DNA from: Octopus vulgaris
Lineage: Eukaryota
NCBI GenBank assembly: GCA_951406725.2
Contig: OX597818.1
Location: forward strand, 32,116,001 to 32,180,000
Direction of reading: 5' to 3'
Length of the DNA stretch: 64,000 nucleotides
Both the position numbers and the translations under genes were made by a program. The notes below the pieces were generated by a model that had not been told where the DNA came from, searched no databases, and saw only the letters and a program-made list of their open reading frames with translations. Below, one piece after another: positions 1-13,799 of this stretch; positions within the stretch are counted from its first letter, which is position 1; the number at the start of each line of letters is the position of its first letter.

Positions 1-50
1 GAAACCGGGGAAACCGGGCCCATGAGTCTGGCCAGGATTTAAAAAGGGTG
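1..50 (+). mobile_element. 3' end of a SINE-C/D copy
   Basis: gaaaccgggcccatgagtctggccagg matches the 3' module of the copies at 47672-47972, 50190-50437 and 55131-55388. Confidence 0.7.
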
Positions 51-267
51 CATTTATTTTATTTATTATGTATGCGTATGCAAGCTTGATGTTTAAAGCA
101 CGATTTACGTGCTTGTGCGTGTTTGTGTGTTTGTGTGTGTGTGTGTGTGTTGGTGATAAACCATGCAGCGACATTGAAGTTACAACAGAGCACATCTTGT
201 ATTCTTTCATTTGTTTTTAGTCATCACGTCAAATGGTTATAGTGGATGGCCGAAGTATTTACTATTT

Positions 268-686
268 TTTTTACTTGTTTCACACATTTGACTGTGGCCA
301 TGCTGGAGCACCGTCTTTAGTCGAGCAAATCGACCCCAGGACTTATTCTTTGTAAGCCTAGTACTTATTCTATCGGTCTCTTTTGCCGAACCGCTAAGTT
401 TCGGTGACGTAAACAAACCAGCATCGGTTGTCAAGCGATGTTGTGTGGTGGGGGGGACAAACACAGACACACAAACACACACATACACACAAACACGCGC
501 ACACACACATACACATATATACGACGGGCTTCTTTCAGTTTCCGTCTACCAAATCCACTCACAAGGCTTTGGTCGACCGGAGGCTATAGTTGAAGACACT
601 TGCCCAAGGTTCCACGCAGTGGGACTGAACCCGGAACCATGTGGCTTGTAAACAAGCTACTTACCACACAGCCACTCTTACGCCTA
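268..686 (-). mobile_element. SINE-A, near full length (tRNA-like head, CORE-like segment, internal TA/TG microsatellite)
   Basis: Minus strand has A box TGGCTGTGTGG, B-box-like GGTTCAGTCCC, then accttgggcaagtgtctt; 3' end tgaaacaagtaaaa. About 15 homologous pieces in the window, including small fragments near 20495, 36735, 39825, 41840, 42410, 50105, 53520 and 60735. Confidence 0.9.
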
Positions 687-1035
687 TTCTATTATATTTT
701 TGATATTATCTTCCCCATTCATTGATTTCTACACACATGCGTTCCTTATACTAACGAGTATACGTAAATACATACACACACACTTACAAACATACTCACG
801 AACACACACGCAACGAAGGTATACTATTCCTGTACTCATGAGAGAAAGATAACGAAACGCATTTGGGAAAAAATCATCCCAGAAGTCTAGAGATAATCTT
901 AAATACGTACAAAACAAATGACATATGTATCGCGTACATTCACACGCGCACGTGTCTGTATTTGTAATGTATATGTATTTTGCACGTATATAGATGTGTA
1001 TGCGTGTATATATGTATGTGCGCTGTGTGTGTGTG

Positions 1036-1089
<54 letters not shown>

Positions 1090-1205
1090 TATGCATATAT
1101 ATATACTTATATACATATATACATATATATAATATATATATATATAAACACACATATATGAAATACATACCTATATTCATGTGTGTGTATATGTCTGTTT
1201 ATACA

Positions 1206-1244
<39 letters not shown>

Positions 1245-1246
1245 GT

Positions 1247-1325
<79 letters not shown>

Positions 1326-1335
1326 CATACATACA

Positions 1336-1371
<36 letters not shown>

Positions 1372-1375
1372 TATG
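1036..1375. repeat. compound (AT)n/(TACA)n microsatellite
   Basis: Direct reading; representative of dozens of such tracts. Confidence 0.95.
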
Positions 1376-2009
1376 AATACATACCTATATACCTGTGTGT
1401 ATATGTTTGCGAGTGTGTGCGTGTGTGTGTGTGTGGCACAAGGGATTCCGCCCTTACTTATCTGACCGACATTGACATTTGCTCTCAGTAAATTGATACC
1501 AACAACCAAACAAGACGTGTATTTGTATCCGGTGTGGAGTAGGTTGGTCTTTCGCCATACTTGACCGACCACGAGTTGTCCGAACGCTTGTTGCACGCAG
1601 TAAGCGCCACTAATCGTGCGTGACGTCGGTCTAACAACGAATGTCATTCTCAATGACTCGGCCACGTCAAATAAGGTTGTGGGGAAAGAAAAGAAGAGAG
1701 AGGGAGAGAATGCAACAGTAAGATGGATGGATGAATGAATGAATGAGTGGAGGGGAGAGACAGGTATAAGAGATCTACATCTGAAAGAATGTCTGGACTA
1801 CGTGTAGGAAGTCTGTACTGAAGGCATAAGGGAGGAGTCTGGTACGAAGACGAAATAAATAACTAAAGTTTCAAATATAAAGTAAAGACAAACAGTGATG
1901 GAATGACGTTTGGAATACAAAAACAAACTACGTGGATTGAATATTAGGTGGGATGCATGGTCTCACATGTTCCTTAGGATATAGATTTGAAGTGAGTTGG
2001 ATGTGATGA

Positions 2010-2238
2010 AGAAGAGATTGGAGGTGGAGGAAGAGGAGGAAGAGGAGGCGAAAGAAGAAGGAGAAGAAGACGAAGAAGAAGAAGAAGAAGAAGAAGAAGA
2101 AGAAGAAGAAGAAGAAGAAGAAGAAGAAGGAGATGAAGAAGATGAAGAAGAAGAAGATGAAGAAGGAGGAGGAAGAAGAAGAAGAAGAAGAAGAAGGAGG
2201 AAGAAGATGAAGCAGAAGAAGATGAAGAAGATGAAGAA

Positions 2239-2273
<35 letters not shown>

Positions 2274-2520
2274 AGAAGAAGGAGAAGAAGGAGGAGAAGA
2301 AGAAGGAGGAAGAGGAAGAGGAGAAGAAGAAGAAGGAGGAGGAGAAAAAGAAGAATAAGAAGGAGGAGAAGAAGAAGAAGAAGAGGAAGAAGAGAAGAAG
2401 AAGAAGAAGAAGAAGAAGGAGAAGGAGAAGGAGAAATAGAAGAAGGAAGAGGAGAAGAAGAAGAAGAAGAAGAAGAAGAAGAAGAAGAAGAAGAAGAAGA
2501 AGAAGAAGAAGAAGAGGTAA
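2010..2520. repeat. ~500 bp (GAA)n/(GGA)n polypurine tract
   Basis: Almost purely A/G on the + strand. Confidence 0.95.
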
Positions 2521-3027
2521 GAGGAGAAACCAAGAATAAGGATGATGATGGTGTTGATGAATAGGATGATGACGAAAGAAGAAAATGGCGAAGATAATAA
2601 TGAAAATGGTGTTGTTGTTGTTGGTGGTCGCAGTCGTCGTAGTGACAATGGTGTCGAGGATGGAAAGGAAGGGAGGGAGAGGGAAGTGGTGGGGCGAGGG
2701 GGGATGAATATTCTGACGACTATGATGCAGTTGGTGATAACAACGACAGTGACTGCAAAGACAGCAACGATGACGACGCGACGACCACAACAACGACGGC
2801 GACGACTATGATGATGATAGTGGTGGTGGTGGTGGTGGTGGTGGTGGTGGTGGTGGTAGCGGCGACGACGATGATGACGGTAAGTTCTTCAGACGATTTT
2901 TATGTAGAAAGCTTCGTAGGTTTCTTTCATGAAAAATGACAACAGATGCAAATAAATAAATAAATAAATATATAAATAAATATATAAATAGAGATAAAAA
3001 TTGAAAAAAAAAAAATGAACAGTAATA

Positions 3028-3083
<56 letters not shown>

Positions 3084-3185
3084 CACTACTACTACTACAA
3101 TTTGAAAAAGTGGAAGATGTGTGTAAAGAATAATATTGAAAGACTGTATATGTGCAGGAATGAAAAGAATAAATTGAATATTTGA

Positions 3186-3216
<31 letters not shown>

Positions 3217-3223
3217 ATTAAGA

Positions 3224-3750
3224 TTAATAAAAGGACATACTAAGTATGTCTACCTGCTGTAAATAATAGTTAAAACTTATTTAAATCGACAAAATACACT
3301 CACAATAATTACAGAAATCAACCGTCCGAAGGAAGGCAAACGGGCTATCTGGACTCACGTGGACCGGGTTGAGGCTCTTTGTCATGGTAACGCGTGCTGA
3401 GGAATGTTAGAGTATCATGCCGGTCCAGAAACCGGTCTACGTGAGTCCAAATACTTGAATGTATGCAGAAAGTTTGTCATAGCCCGTTTGCCTTCGGACG
3501 GTTTATTTCTGTAGCTATTATCAATGTATTTTGGCGATTTTAGTAAGAGTTTTGACTGTTATTTCCAGCCGGTAGACATACTTAGTATGTCCTTTGATTA
3601 ACGTCAATCCCAGCTATTAAATGCTTTTTGTGGGGCCTGCAATCGCCTACGTTATTGATTCTGTTATCGTTTTTAAATTGTTACACTAGATAATAACAGA
3701 GTCAATGGTGTATGCTCGCAAATTATTTTTTCGTGAATTATTTGCTCTGT
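3224..3750 (+). mobile_element. HHR-bearing foldback element (Penelope-like/retrozyme-like)
   Basis: Inverted arms ~3224-3370 and ~3428-3601; the + copy continues to ~3750 with similarity to 33597-33690. Confidence 0.65.
3391..3443 (+). ncRNA. minimal type-I hammerhead-like motif
   Basis: cgcgtg CTGAGGA ... GAAAC CG GTC tacgtg; stem I 6 bp with 2 G-U pairs; stem II poorly paired. Confidence 0.6.
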
Positions 3751-3757
3751 ATTGAAG

Positions 3758-3849
<92 letters not shown>

Positions 3850-4098
3850 ATATATGAGCACCAACAGTAAACAACATGAAATACAAAAACAAGAGTTCAA
3901 TACGCAAACAACGAGAGGAACAAATGGAAAACAAGATAATTAACATAGAGAACGACCCTTCATCAGCTGTCTATCTACTCCTCATTTCGAGTATTGAACA
4001 ACAATATGTGTCTTCAAAGACAGTTGCTCCCATAAATACCAAAATAAAATTTAGGATTTATGGAGGGTCAAAGTTGGGAACGAAAACAGTTTAGGTGA

Positions 4099-4283
4099 TT
4101 GGGGACAAACACAGACACAAAGATACACATACGCGTATATGTACGACGAGCTTCTTTCAGTTTCCGTCTACCGAAACTATTCACAACGCTTTGGTCGGCC
4201 CAGTGCTATAGTAAGAAACACTTACACAAGGTGCCACGCAGTGGAACTGAACCCGGGACTATGAAGTTGAGAAGTAAGCTTAC
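4099..4283 (-). mobile_element. SINE-A, 5' half
   Basis: Homology to 445-660. Confidence 0.8.
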
Positions 4284-4614
4284 GTAATTTATGTGTATTT
4301 GTTGTTCAGGTATCATCAATGTTTTACTTGCATGATGAAGGTCATCTGAAGACACGCAATCCTGCTCAGAAACTTTAACCAATGACCAATCACCCAGTGT
4401 AAGCCAATTACTTATGTGTTCCTGTGCATGTGCCTCTGTGTGTGTATGTGTCTCTGTGTGTGTATGTGTCTCTGTGTGTGCGTGTACGTGTGCGTGCGAG
4501 CATGTGCGTATGTGTAAAAAGCAAAAAGTGTTCGTGTTTGCATTTGCGAATGTATTTGTGAATATGTCAATGTGTATTTCAACATCTGGGTGTTTGTGGG
4601 TGTATGTAAGTTTG

Positions 4615-4633
4615 CTTGTGATTATATATGTGC

Positions 4634-4668
<35 letters not shown>

Positions 4669-4829
4669 AGAATGTGTGTGTGTGTGTACTGATATAGACA
4701 GGTAGACCTTGTGATTATATATGTGCGTGTGTTTGTGTGTGTATGTGTATGTGTGTGTGTATGTGTGTGTGAGAATGTGTGTGTGTGTGTACTGATATAG
4801 ACAGGTAGACCTTGTGATTATATATGTGC

Positions 4830-4868
<39 letters not shown>

Positions 4869-4926
4869 AGAGTGTGTGTGTGTGTGTACTGATATAGACA
4901 GGTAGACCTTGTGATTATATATGTGC

Positions 4927-4971
<45 letters not shown>

Positions 4972-5012
4972 AATGTGTGTGTGTGTGTGTGTACTGATAT
5001 AGACAGGTAGAC
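4615..5012. repeat. ~100 bp minisatellite, 4 units with internal (TG)n
   Basis: cttgtgattatatatgtgcgtgtgttt...tactgatatagacaggtagac repeated four times. Confidence 0.9.
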
Positions 5013-5475
5013 GTATTGATGCATATCCATTCCGTCCATCCATACCTGCCTGCCTGCCTACCTACCTACCTACCTACCTACCTACCTACCTACCTACCTG
5101 CCTGCCTGCCTACATACATACATACATACATACATACATACATACATACATACATACATAAATACATACACACGTGTGTACATGCATACGTAACCGCCTA
5201 TGTAGGAAAGATTACAGTATCGGGGGGAAGCAGTGGAATTGGACAAGGGTAAAGCGTGATTGAGAAGGTGAATGCATAGGCTGAGAGTGAGCTAGTCAGA
5301 CAGTGTTCACCGTTGACTGCATCTGTCATATGAATACAAACGGTCATTTATCAACGATTGTACGACAAGAGAAGAAACAAGCACCAAACTTTATTATGGA
5401 GTCTGCACAGAGAATCCATTGATATTTTGAAAATCACAATAACATTAACAACGACAGCAAGAACAACAAAAACTA

Positions 5476-5507
<32 letters not shown>

Positions 5508-5528
5508 ACGACCACTACTACTACCACC

Positions 5529-5584
<56 letters not shown>

Positions 5585-5600
5585 GACCACCACCACCACC

Positions 5601-5633
<33 letters not shown>

Positions 5634-5910
5634 GCTACTACTACTACTACTACTGCTACTACTACTACTACTACTACTACTACAGTTTTAGCAAACGAAC
5701 AAGGGAGCTTCTATGTGGTAATTTAGCTGGCTAAAAATGGCAGTTATATCTCCCACGTATCACATCTTGCAGTCTGAAATTACGAAGGAATTCCTTGCTT
5801 AATGCAATCCTACAAACCACCGAAAATATGGAGTGATAACGACTGAAATACTTTTGGTGATATTTTTCCACTAAATTAGGATTGACCTGGTGCAAAACAG
5901 CAGCTTCAAT

Positions 5911-6305
5911 GGAGGTACAATGGCCCAATGGTTAGGACAGCGGACTCGCGGTCGGAGGATCGCGGTTTCGATTCCCAGACCGGGGGTTGCGTGCGTTTAT
6001 TGAGCGAAAACACCTAAAGCTTCACGAGGCTCCGGCAGGGCGTGGTGGCGACCCCTGTTGTACTCTTTCGCTTCAACTTTCTCTCACTCTTTCTTCCTGT
6101 TTCTTGTCTCCGACTGCCTACGCAACCGCTGAGCCTGGATGCGCATTCATCCATCCGTCGATGCTCTCGGTGTCGGGGGTTGACCTTCTTTCTCTTCTGC
6201 GGGTCTTACGAATAGCAAAGGACTACGTTTTCGGACTTCTCCCATCTTGCGAGCTCAGGGACGAAGACCGTTCGCTTAACAGCAACAGCAACAGCAACAG
6301 CAGCA
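5911..6305 (+). mobile_element. SINE-C (tRNA-derived head) with an alternative 3' tail ending in (CAACAG)n
   Basis: tggcccaatggttagg A box and ggtttcgattccc B box; body matches the 47672 and 55131 copies up to ~6105, then diverges. Confidence 0.8.
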
Positions 6306-6592
6306 TCAACTTTATTTCTTCTAATAGCACAATGCTTGAAGTTTAAGGGAGGAGGTTAGTCGATTTCAATTACTCCTGTGCTCAGCTACTACTGAGTATT
6401 TTGACTGGTGTATTAATGAATCAACCAGTTCACCGCCTTCATGACAATATATATTATATAACATGTAGCTACGTTTGGATAAGGGATTTTAAATCGATTG
6501 CAATAGTGTGTTATTTATCCGAGTTCAGGTATGATCAAAAATGAAAGCGGTTTTTTGACACGTGAATATCTTAATCATATATACAGAATATG

Positions 6593-6738
6593 AAGGCGGT
6601 GAACTGGTAAAATCGTTAGCACACAGGGAAAAATGCTTAGCGGCGTTTCGTCCGTCTTCATGTTCTGAGTTCAAATTCAACCGAGGTCGATTTTGCATTT
6701 CATCCATTCGGCGTCGATAAAATAAGTACCAGTTGATT
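6593..6738 (+). mobile_element. SINE-B (MetaSINE-like domain), partial
   Basis: aggcggtgaactgg head and ggtcgattttgcatttcatcc..gtcgataaaataagtaccag domain. Confidence 0.8.
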
Positions 6739-8840
6739 CAGGTAACATTTGTTCATCCACGTCATAGTATTTTTCATTTGTTTTAAAGGTATTCAGCTTA
6801 CAGAATTAGAGGTCACATAGAGGCATACCTTTAGATTCTTCACTAGAAGATTTTATCTATCATCAATATGTAAGCTTTTGCTGCTGCTTTCAAGTGTAGC
6901 TTTTAGTAACTTGAAATCTTACCCAATTTTAATTCCTTACCTTTTGTACGAAGAAGAGCACATAACAGGCTCTTCTGTGAATTGGAAAGATTGAAAGTAA
7001 TATTAACAACGTCGTTCTTAAGTTGATACCTGATGCTAAGTTGTCCCATCCCACATTCTCTTCTGATTTATAATTTTGTACTTAGCTGATTATATTTTGC
7101 TGTAAGCAGGCAAGCTTCTTATTACATTAGATGGAGTATTATTGAAAGAGCCGTTTGATCACAACCTCATCCTACCATATCTGCTTCCAACGCATTAGTA
7201 AGTCGCATGAAGTGTGGGCTGAATAGATAAATCTGTCTCAGAATCAACCTTTGTATGGATCCAACGACACTGTGAAGGATACACACCACACTCTTAGCAC
7301 CTTGTCTAAAATATCTTTCAGAATTATGATTCAAAGTGATTTACTATATTCCTATATCCTACTTGACAGTGTTCTTCGGCAACAGCGTGACCAGCTTAGA
7401 CAATTAAGAGCATTTATAATCCACAGCCAATTGCGGTATGCATTAATCATTTTGTCGCTGCAATCATTGAATTTAAAGTTTTAGCCAACACACCGTCTGA
7501 CCAAAGACTAGTTCCTGAGAGCCGCTATTAGAATTCAGAAATTTTGTAGTTGATTCTGGTTATTAATTTTATTGACGTTCTTATGGTAATTGTCAATGTC
7601 TCTGCTACAGTGATTACTTTTATTTTTGCTGTTGTTGCTTTCAAAAGAAGTGAGAATTTAAATACTTTTCTTACCCACAACTAACCTCTCTGCCATCCAC
7701 TCCCCGTCCTTAATGTTCTATCCTTATGACTTTTCTTAATGATCCACCAATTATTCTAGTGTAACCTTCATATAAAATTGTGAGTATATCTTGTTGATCT
7801 TGTCGACCAGCTCCGCAAAATAATTAATAAAGGCCTCGAGGGAGTAAAGCTTCTTCTCCACAGGCATAGCTATTGTTCTAACCTTCTTCTTGTGTCATGT
7901 AAACAATCACAAGAAATATAGTGTAATACTTCTTTGTCACCTTATTTATTTATTTGTTCCATTGAATCCCAAGGAATCCGTATGCTTTGTGACCTTTAAT
8001 TATATCCTCAAAATCCCTTTCTCTGTGGTTTTCCTAGTCGTCATGTCTTGCGAGAAATACATTTAAACATAATTATCCTTTAGTCCATTTCTCTCGTACA
8101 ATAGTTTCAAAGGAATCCTTGTCCCCAACTAACGTATAGCCGATATCTCTTCTATACTTTCCGGGCACTATGCAAACAGCTTAACGCCCAAGTGTATCCG
8201 TCCAAAAACGGCATGTGGAAAATATTATTATTATTATTTGTATTTTGCTTTAGGTATGTTTCTTATTTTTAGATGTTGCCCTTTATATTACTGCTGTCAA
8301 TGGCACAAATATTCTTCTAGCTGGCAACACTACTGTTATTGTTGTTGTTATTGTTACAAGTGTTATCACACTTCGTACAGCTTTATTGTTAGAATTTTTG
8401 TTTCACGTTCTTTATTTTGCCACTATTGTTCGTGTAAATGATATTAACGGCGTTATTCTTGCTATTGCTGGGAATATTTCGACTCTGGGTAAAATATTCC
8501 CATTACTTCAATCGTTCGTTCGTTCACCTTATTTTTTTTCTCTTCCGGAAACGACGGCTGTAACCATAGGAAAATGCATGTTTGCCCCTCACGGCCAAAA
8601 CAGATACCAATTAAAAACACATATTCACTTAAATAGGGGGAAAGTCGGATGACAATTCAATTCTCCTTGATATTACAATATCAAAATAAACACTACAAAT
8701 CTAACTTCGCTAAGAAAACAAATATTAAACGAATATAGCAGGAACTGCCTGAAGATGTCATTACACGGTAAAAACGTAGAAACAACAAACGCAACAAGGA
8801 CAACAACAGTAGCAGCAACATCCACAGCAACGACACTAAT

Positions 8841-8940
<100 letters not shown>

Positions 8941-9207
8941 GAAATAATAATAGTAATGATTATGATAATGATTTCATTTATTCGCCACAAGGGCGAAGGA
9001 TTAGAGGGACAATACAAGGACAGACACAAAGTGTTGGGGTTTACAAATAATTCGTTCGTTTATTGGCCACAAGGGCTAACAAAAATCAATTAAAACATAA
9101 AGGGACAAAACACAGGACGAAAGTTACAATGAAATGATAATAGAAATAAATAAGTAAGACATAAAAATAAAGTATACACGGTATACACTGAAAAAGAAGG
9201 GACATAT

Positions 9208-9258
<51 letters not shown>

Positions 9259-9259
9259 T

Positions 9260-9660
<401 letters not shown>

Positions 9661-9669
9661 AATAATAAT

Positions 9670-11245
9670 CTCGAGGAGAGTAACGTAGGTGAAGATCAGC
9701 GAATGCGTAGGCAAGGTGAAATTGTCGTGGAGGAGAGACTGGCCAATCAATATAATGTAAAAAAACCGCTGGAATAAGAGAGGATATGTATGAGGAACAA
9801 AGAAATCTCAAGAATAAGACTCGAGGATATAAGAATTACAAGAACAGAGACCAAACCGGTGAATCTAAGAAGCTTCGACCGTAACAATATAAAATGCGTG
9901 ACCCAAAATGTTGATGAGATTCTGAAACACATTCTGACAAATGATCTACCAGAAACAAGGGACCTGATCTGATCCGCTTCAATTTTAGTAGGGGAACAGG
10001 TTGGAAAGAAAGAGAGGAAAGTAGACAGATAGAAGGAGCCATGGTGGAAGCGGAGAACTGAAGGCGATATTCTAACTTTACATAAAGATATGAGGCACAT
10101 AGGAGAGTGGTCAAAAGGGCAATGGAAAAATGGAAAGGAAAGTGTTAGGGTATATCTTGACACGGGGTACTAAGTAGAAAAGAAAGGATTCAAAACTGTC
10201 ATGTGCAGGCTAAAACATTAAAGGTGCAGCGTTACACTGACCGCATATCGCAGTTCCAGCAAAACCGGTTATTCTCAAACAACCAGAGGCAGCTTTTTAA
10301 GGGCTTAGGAGGGAACACAGAAGAAACCCTCTAATTTTGGAATAACATCTGGAGGTAAGAAGTTCCGCACATCCACAGAACTGAGTGGATTCATTCCGTG
10401 AGTTCCAAACTCCATCATCCGGAGATTCAACGACAGGATCATGTGCACATAACAACGGAAGATGTCCTTGCACAGATATTCCTGCCAAACTGGAAAGCAG
10501 CAGGACCAGACGGAATTCAAGGCTACTGGCTAAAGTGGTTTATGTCAATACACAAGAGCGGTGCAGTTCCGGAGTGGATGGTGGAGGGAAGAACAACATT
10601 ATTAATGAAAGATCAGTCAAAGGGCAATGAGGTTGGCAATTACCGATCCATTGCTTGTCTTAATCTCCGATGGAAAGTATTGACAGGTACCCTTCAGGGA
10701 AAATATATCCGTTCCTTGCGGAAAACAATCTTCTGCCAGTAGAACAAATGGGATGCCGAAAAGGATCCAAGGACACCAAGGACCACCATGTGATAGTCAA
10801 GGTTATAAAGAAGAACTGTAAACGGTACCAAAACACTTACGCATGTCCTGGATAGACATCAAAAAGTCTTACGACATGTTGCCGGATTTTGGAAACACTT
10901 GACATGCGTGGAATAGCTGAGAACGTGTGTGCACAACTCGTCTTTCGTGTAACATCCAGTACTTAGCCGAGGTAACAATCAAAAGAGGTATCTTCCAATG
11001 AGACTCTTGTTCACCTCTGTTATTTGTTATAGCTTTGATACCAGCTTCTTTAGCCCTACGTAAAATCAACGTGCACTATGAGCTGAGAAAGAACGGACCT
11101 CGTCTCAACCACCCTCTCTTCATGGATGTTCGCAAAAACAGAACTTGAAATGGAGAGACTGGTTGAGACTGTGCAAATGTGCAGCAAGGGTATAGGGATG
11201 GAATTCTGTATCTCGAAGTGTGGAGTGCTTATTTTGAAGCGGGGT
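9670..11245 (+). pseudogene. decayed Dong/R4-clade reverse transcriptase ORF
   Basis: Motifs KEPWWKRR (~10033), PNWKAAGPDGIQGYWLK, NYRSIACL, EQMGCRKGSKDTKDH, KRGIFQ*DSCSPLLF (10981), RLNHPLFMD (11101); many stops and frameshifts. Confidence 0.85.
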
Positions 11246-11476
11246 GCACGTCATGAATATGTGCTGTGCGTATAAATCTGCGTAATAAAGGAATTCACGA
11301 TAAGTCACTGCGGGTATATGTTTGCAATGTATAAAGTATACTCTTTTAAAGCTGAGTGAACAGGGAAAACGTGAAATTAAGTGATTTGCTTCGGAATGAA
11401 ACGCTCTGACCGCTCTCCGCATCGAAACCCCGACTTTACAACCGTGTTCCACATGCTAAACACAAGGCGACGCGTC

Positions 11477-11616
<140 letters not shown>

Positions 11617-12164
11617 ATATAATATATATATATATATATTTACATGTGTGTGAGTGTATACATATATACATATATAGAAACGTGCGTATATCTATCTATA
11701 TATCTATCTATCTGTGTGTGTGTGTATGTAGCATATGAAGGGTTTAGTTCACTTCTAATATATATACATACATGCATACACACATTCCTATGCACAAAAA
11801 GGGAATGTTGTATCTATCTACACATGTATACACACATGCACACGCACACACACAAACACACATGCACATACAGAGACACACACACGCACACAGATTTATA
11901 TACATACATCAATGAGGATGAATGTGTGCGCACGTATATATGTACGTGTATGTGCGTGTGTACGTAATTGTGCTTGTGTATGTACCCGACCGCATTTCCT
12001 GGTCTGTTTTAACTTTTCTCTTCAATGTATGTCAGCATGTACATTTACACCATACTATTCATACTCACAATTGTATACATTACATGTACACACGTGTGTA
12101 CATGAAAATATTAATGCACCAATATACATACATACATACATATATACATACATACATACATACA

Positions 12165-12275
<111 letters not shown>

Positions 12276-13188
12276 ATATACATCTGTGTATGTATGCTTG
12301 TACTTGCGTATAGATATACTGTCAGTATTCAAGTCACGATGTTTCAACATGGCGTTGTATATGCTCTATGTGTATGTGGATGTATCAGCGTTAGTAGACT
12401 GAAGAGCCGTCAGTTTCTCTGTAATCAGACCAACGAATCAAAACGAAGGCATTTCATGTCAGCGTTCCACAAAGCTTTTTAAAGAGTATTAAAACATCCT
12501 ATCACGTTTTTGCTTGCTCTTCGAGGCGGCAAACAAGACAAAACACAAGAACACAAAAGGAAACAACAAATGCATAAAAATTCTTCGGAATTGCAATGGG
12601 GCGAGAAGCTTTAGTAATTCTCCGAAGAATACTTGTCGGATGATTAAAAATAAAATAAATAGGCGATAAAGGAAAAAAAAAGAAAAGAAAAAAAAACAGG
12701 ATAAAAAGGAAAGATTAATAACTAAAAGAAAAACATGGAAGGTAAACAAATGCGTTGCATTTTCCTCGAGGGAAGTGGTTTATGGTAGCTAGTTACTATT
12801 CGTGGTATGGATCCCCTTTTGGATTGTTAATCGACCAACAAGTCACACTTAATGGAATATTTGCGATTAGTTGAGGAATTCTGATGGATTTGACTAAGCT
12901 TGAAAGATCACAGAGGACTTGATAACCTAATAATTCGTTATGATAAGTCGTTTGAATTCCGACTGTTTGTAAAGGAGGGAGATGGAGGATGAGAAGGTTT
13001 TAGCTGTTGTTGCGCTTCGTTTTGTTTTATCTATATATATGTCATCGTTGTTATTTGGCTCTTGTGGGTTATGGTTTGTAAGTTTTGTCGGTTATGAGAT
13101 CTTGATGCGTCTCTGGTATTAGCCTTTCCTATTACATTATCCGTAAAATAAGTACTAATCATTGTCTTTGTACTTGTTGCTGCTGTAA

Positions 13189-13583
13189 TCTCTCTATATA
13201 TATAAAGCTGAAGTTGTTCTGTGTATGGCAGGTTTGGTAGCCTTCAACTAACACTATCTCCTCCGAGACCCTGCGGTGCAAGTTGACCAAAATTGAAAGT
13301 ATGATAGAAGAAGGCTTGCTCTTCCTTTCGTAGAAGAAAAAATTCAAATCGGATCATGTTAAGACCAAAAATTATTTACATCAAAAAGGTGCTTTTTTTC
13401 TATGACAATCCCAATTTTTTACGATTTTTTGACTGCTGTGTCGCCATTTTTCGGTGTATTTCAACCAGAAAAATGTTCACTTAAAGAGAATAACAAGCTA
13501 CATAATGCAAAATTTTTACTTTTCAAAAATTCCAATTCTAAAGGGTCGAAACAAACCCGAGCAACGCCGGGCGATACTGCTAG
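13189..13583 (+). mobile_element. non-autonomous Helitron
   Basis: A|TC 5' end, subterminal hairpin cccgagcaacgccggg, 3' CTAG; second copy at 22632-23016. Confidence 0.85.
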
Positions 13584-13799
13584 CTGTAGTTTAAATCTAA
13601 ATTTAGACCCTCATCGAGCAAACCTATGACGGAATGAATTTTGTCTATAGTCATTTACATGTAAAGAATTGAGAATTAAGTTGTTTGTTTAGTTTTTATT
13701 ATTTTAGTTTCACTACAGGTTTCTCTGCTCATGGCCTTCGTAGACCTTCCGAAACCGGGGAAATCAATGGGGTGACTAAAAAGAAACAAAACAAACATG

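Noticed and set aside
445-651. Recurrent 'YDGLLSVSVYQIHSQGFG' ORF family
   Set aside because: Antisense translation of SINE-A, not a gene family.
899-1491. YI/HT/CV-repeat ORFs here and throughout the window
   Set aside because: Dinucleotide and tetranucleotide repeats lacking stops.
1997-2539. 180-aa E/K/R-rich ORF and the antisense S/F/L-rich ORFs
   Set aside because: Pure translation of the GAA/GGA microsatellite.
3950-3995. CTGATGA on the minus strand
   Set aside because: No correctly placed GAAA or paired stems.
5911-5985. Possible tRNA genes at SINE-C/D/A heads
   Set aside because: A and B boxes are present but no proper acceptor stem, and the heads run into SINE bodies.
6800-8220. 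Possible very old TE coding relic (e.g. KAYGFLGI on minus)
   Set aside because: Too few motifs to assign by eye.
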